DNA of 64,000 nucleotides, taken from Macrostomum hystrix. Its lineage: Eukaryota > Animalia > Platyhelminthes. A program made the translations under genes and the position numbers. Below are positions 63,045 through 64,000 of this stretch, piece after piece. Position 1 is the stretch's first letter; each line of letters opens with the position of its first letter. The stretch covers positions 7,130,001 through 7,194,000 of the forward strand of contig CATNEN010000001.1 of assembly GCA_950097015.1 (NCBI GenBank), in the 5' to 3' direction. Under the pieces are notes generated by a model that was given only the letters and a program-made list of their open reading frames with translations, ran no database searches and was not told the origin of the DNA.

Positions 63045-64000
63045 ACTGAGCTCACGAGACTATCCAGTATTTGTGTGACTAACCAGTGCTCATGAGACAA
63101 ACCAGTGCTCATGAGACTAACCAGTGCTCATGAGACTATCCTGTGCTCATGAGACTAACCTGTGCTCATGAGACTAACCTGTGCTCATGAGACTAACCTG
63201 TGCTCATGTGACTAACCTGTGCTCATGAGACTATCCTGTGCTCATGAGACTAACCAGTGCTCATGAGACTAACCTGTGCTCATGAGACTAACCTGTGCTC
63301 ATGAGACTAACCTGTGCTCATGAGACTAACCTGTGCTCATGAGACTATCCTGTGCTCATGAGACTAACCTGTGCTCATGAGACTAACCTGTGCTCATGAG
63401 ACTAACCTGTGCTCATGAGACTATCCTGTGCTCATGAGACTAACCTGTGCTCATGAGACTATCCTGTGCTCATGAGACTATCCTGTGCTCATGAGACTAA
63501 CCTGTGCTCATGAGACTATCCTGTGCTCATGAGACTATCCTGTGCTCATGAGACTAACCTGTGCTCATGAGACTATCCTGTGCTCATGAGACTAACCTGT
63601 GCTCATGAGACTAACCTGTGCTCATGAGACCATCCTGTGCTCATGAGACTAACCTGTGCTCATGAGACTAACCTGTGCTCATGTGACTATCCTGTGCTCA
63701 TGTGACTTTCCTGTGCTCATGAGACTAACCTGTGCTCATGAGACTAACCTGTGCTCATGAGACTAACCTTTGCTCATGAGACTAACCTGTGCTCATGTGA
63801 CTATCCTGTGCTCATGTGACTTTCCTGTGCTCATGAGACTAACCTGTGCTCATGAGACTAACCTGTGCTCATGAGACTAACCTGTGCTCATGAGACTAAC
63901 CTGTGCTCATGAGACTAACCTGTGCTCATGAGACTGTCCTGTGCTCATGAGACAAACCTGTGCTCATGAGACTAACCTGTGCTCATGAGACTAACCTGTG
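63045..64000. repeat. 19-bp satellite (CTGTGCTCATGAGACTAAC)n running off the window end
   Basis: About 50 copies; internal palindrome CTCATGAG. Confidence 0.95.

Overview
Eukaryotic (metazoan) genomic DNA. The short GT-AG introns, Gly/Ala/Gln-rich exons and intronic minisatellites suggest a flatworm such as Macrostomum, but that is inference only. Three genes are present. The first is the 3' part of a large multi-exon unc-80 gene (NALCN channel complex subunit) on the + strand, 3718-34832, whose 5' exons lie upstream of the window. The other two are SLC26/SulP (prestin-like) paralogues arranged head-to-head: A on the - strand (37775-45700) and B on the + strand (51833-62020). A decayed, 3'-truncated tyrosine-recombinase (Ngaro/DIRS-type) retrotransposon lies between them. 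The window also holds two tRNA-derived SINE families (one with a CORE-like domain), two MITEs and many minisatellites. Main candidates for novelty: (1) a battery of frame-preserving candidate micro/cassette exons (9-309 nt) in the long, repeat-poor unc-80 introns; (2) a ~540-nt imperfect RNA hairpin enclosing the 9-nt microexon and pairing with its 5' splice site; (3) a canonical-looking -1 frameshift signal at the retroelement gag/pol junction; (4) a rewired anion-binding pocket shared by both SLC26 paralogues. All exon coordinates were read by eye and need RNA-seq confirmation.
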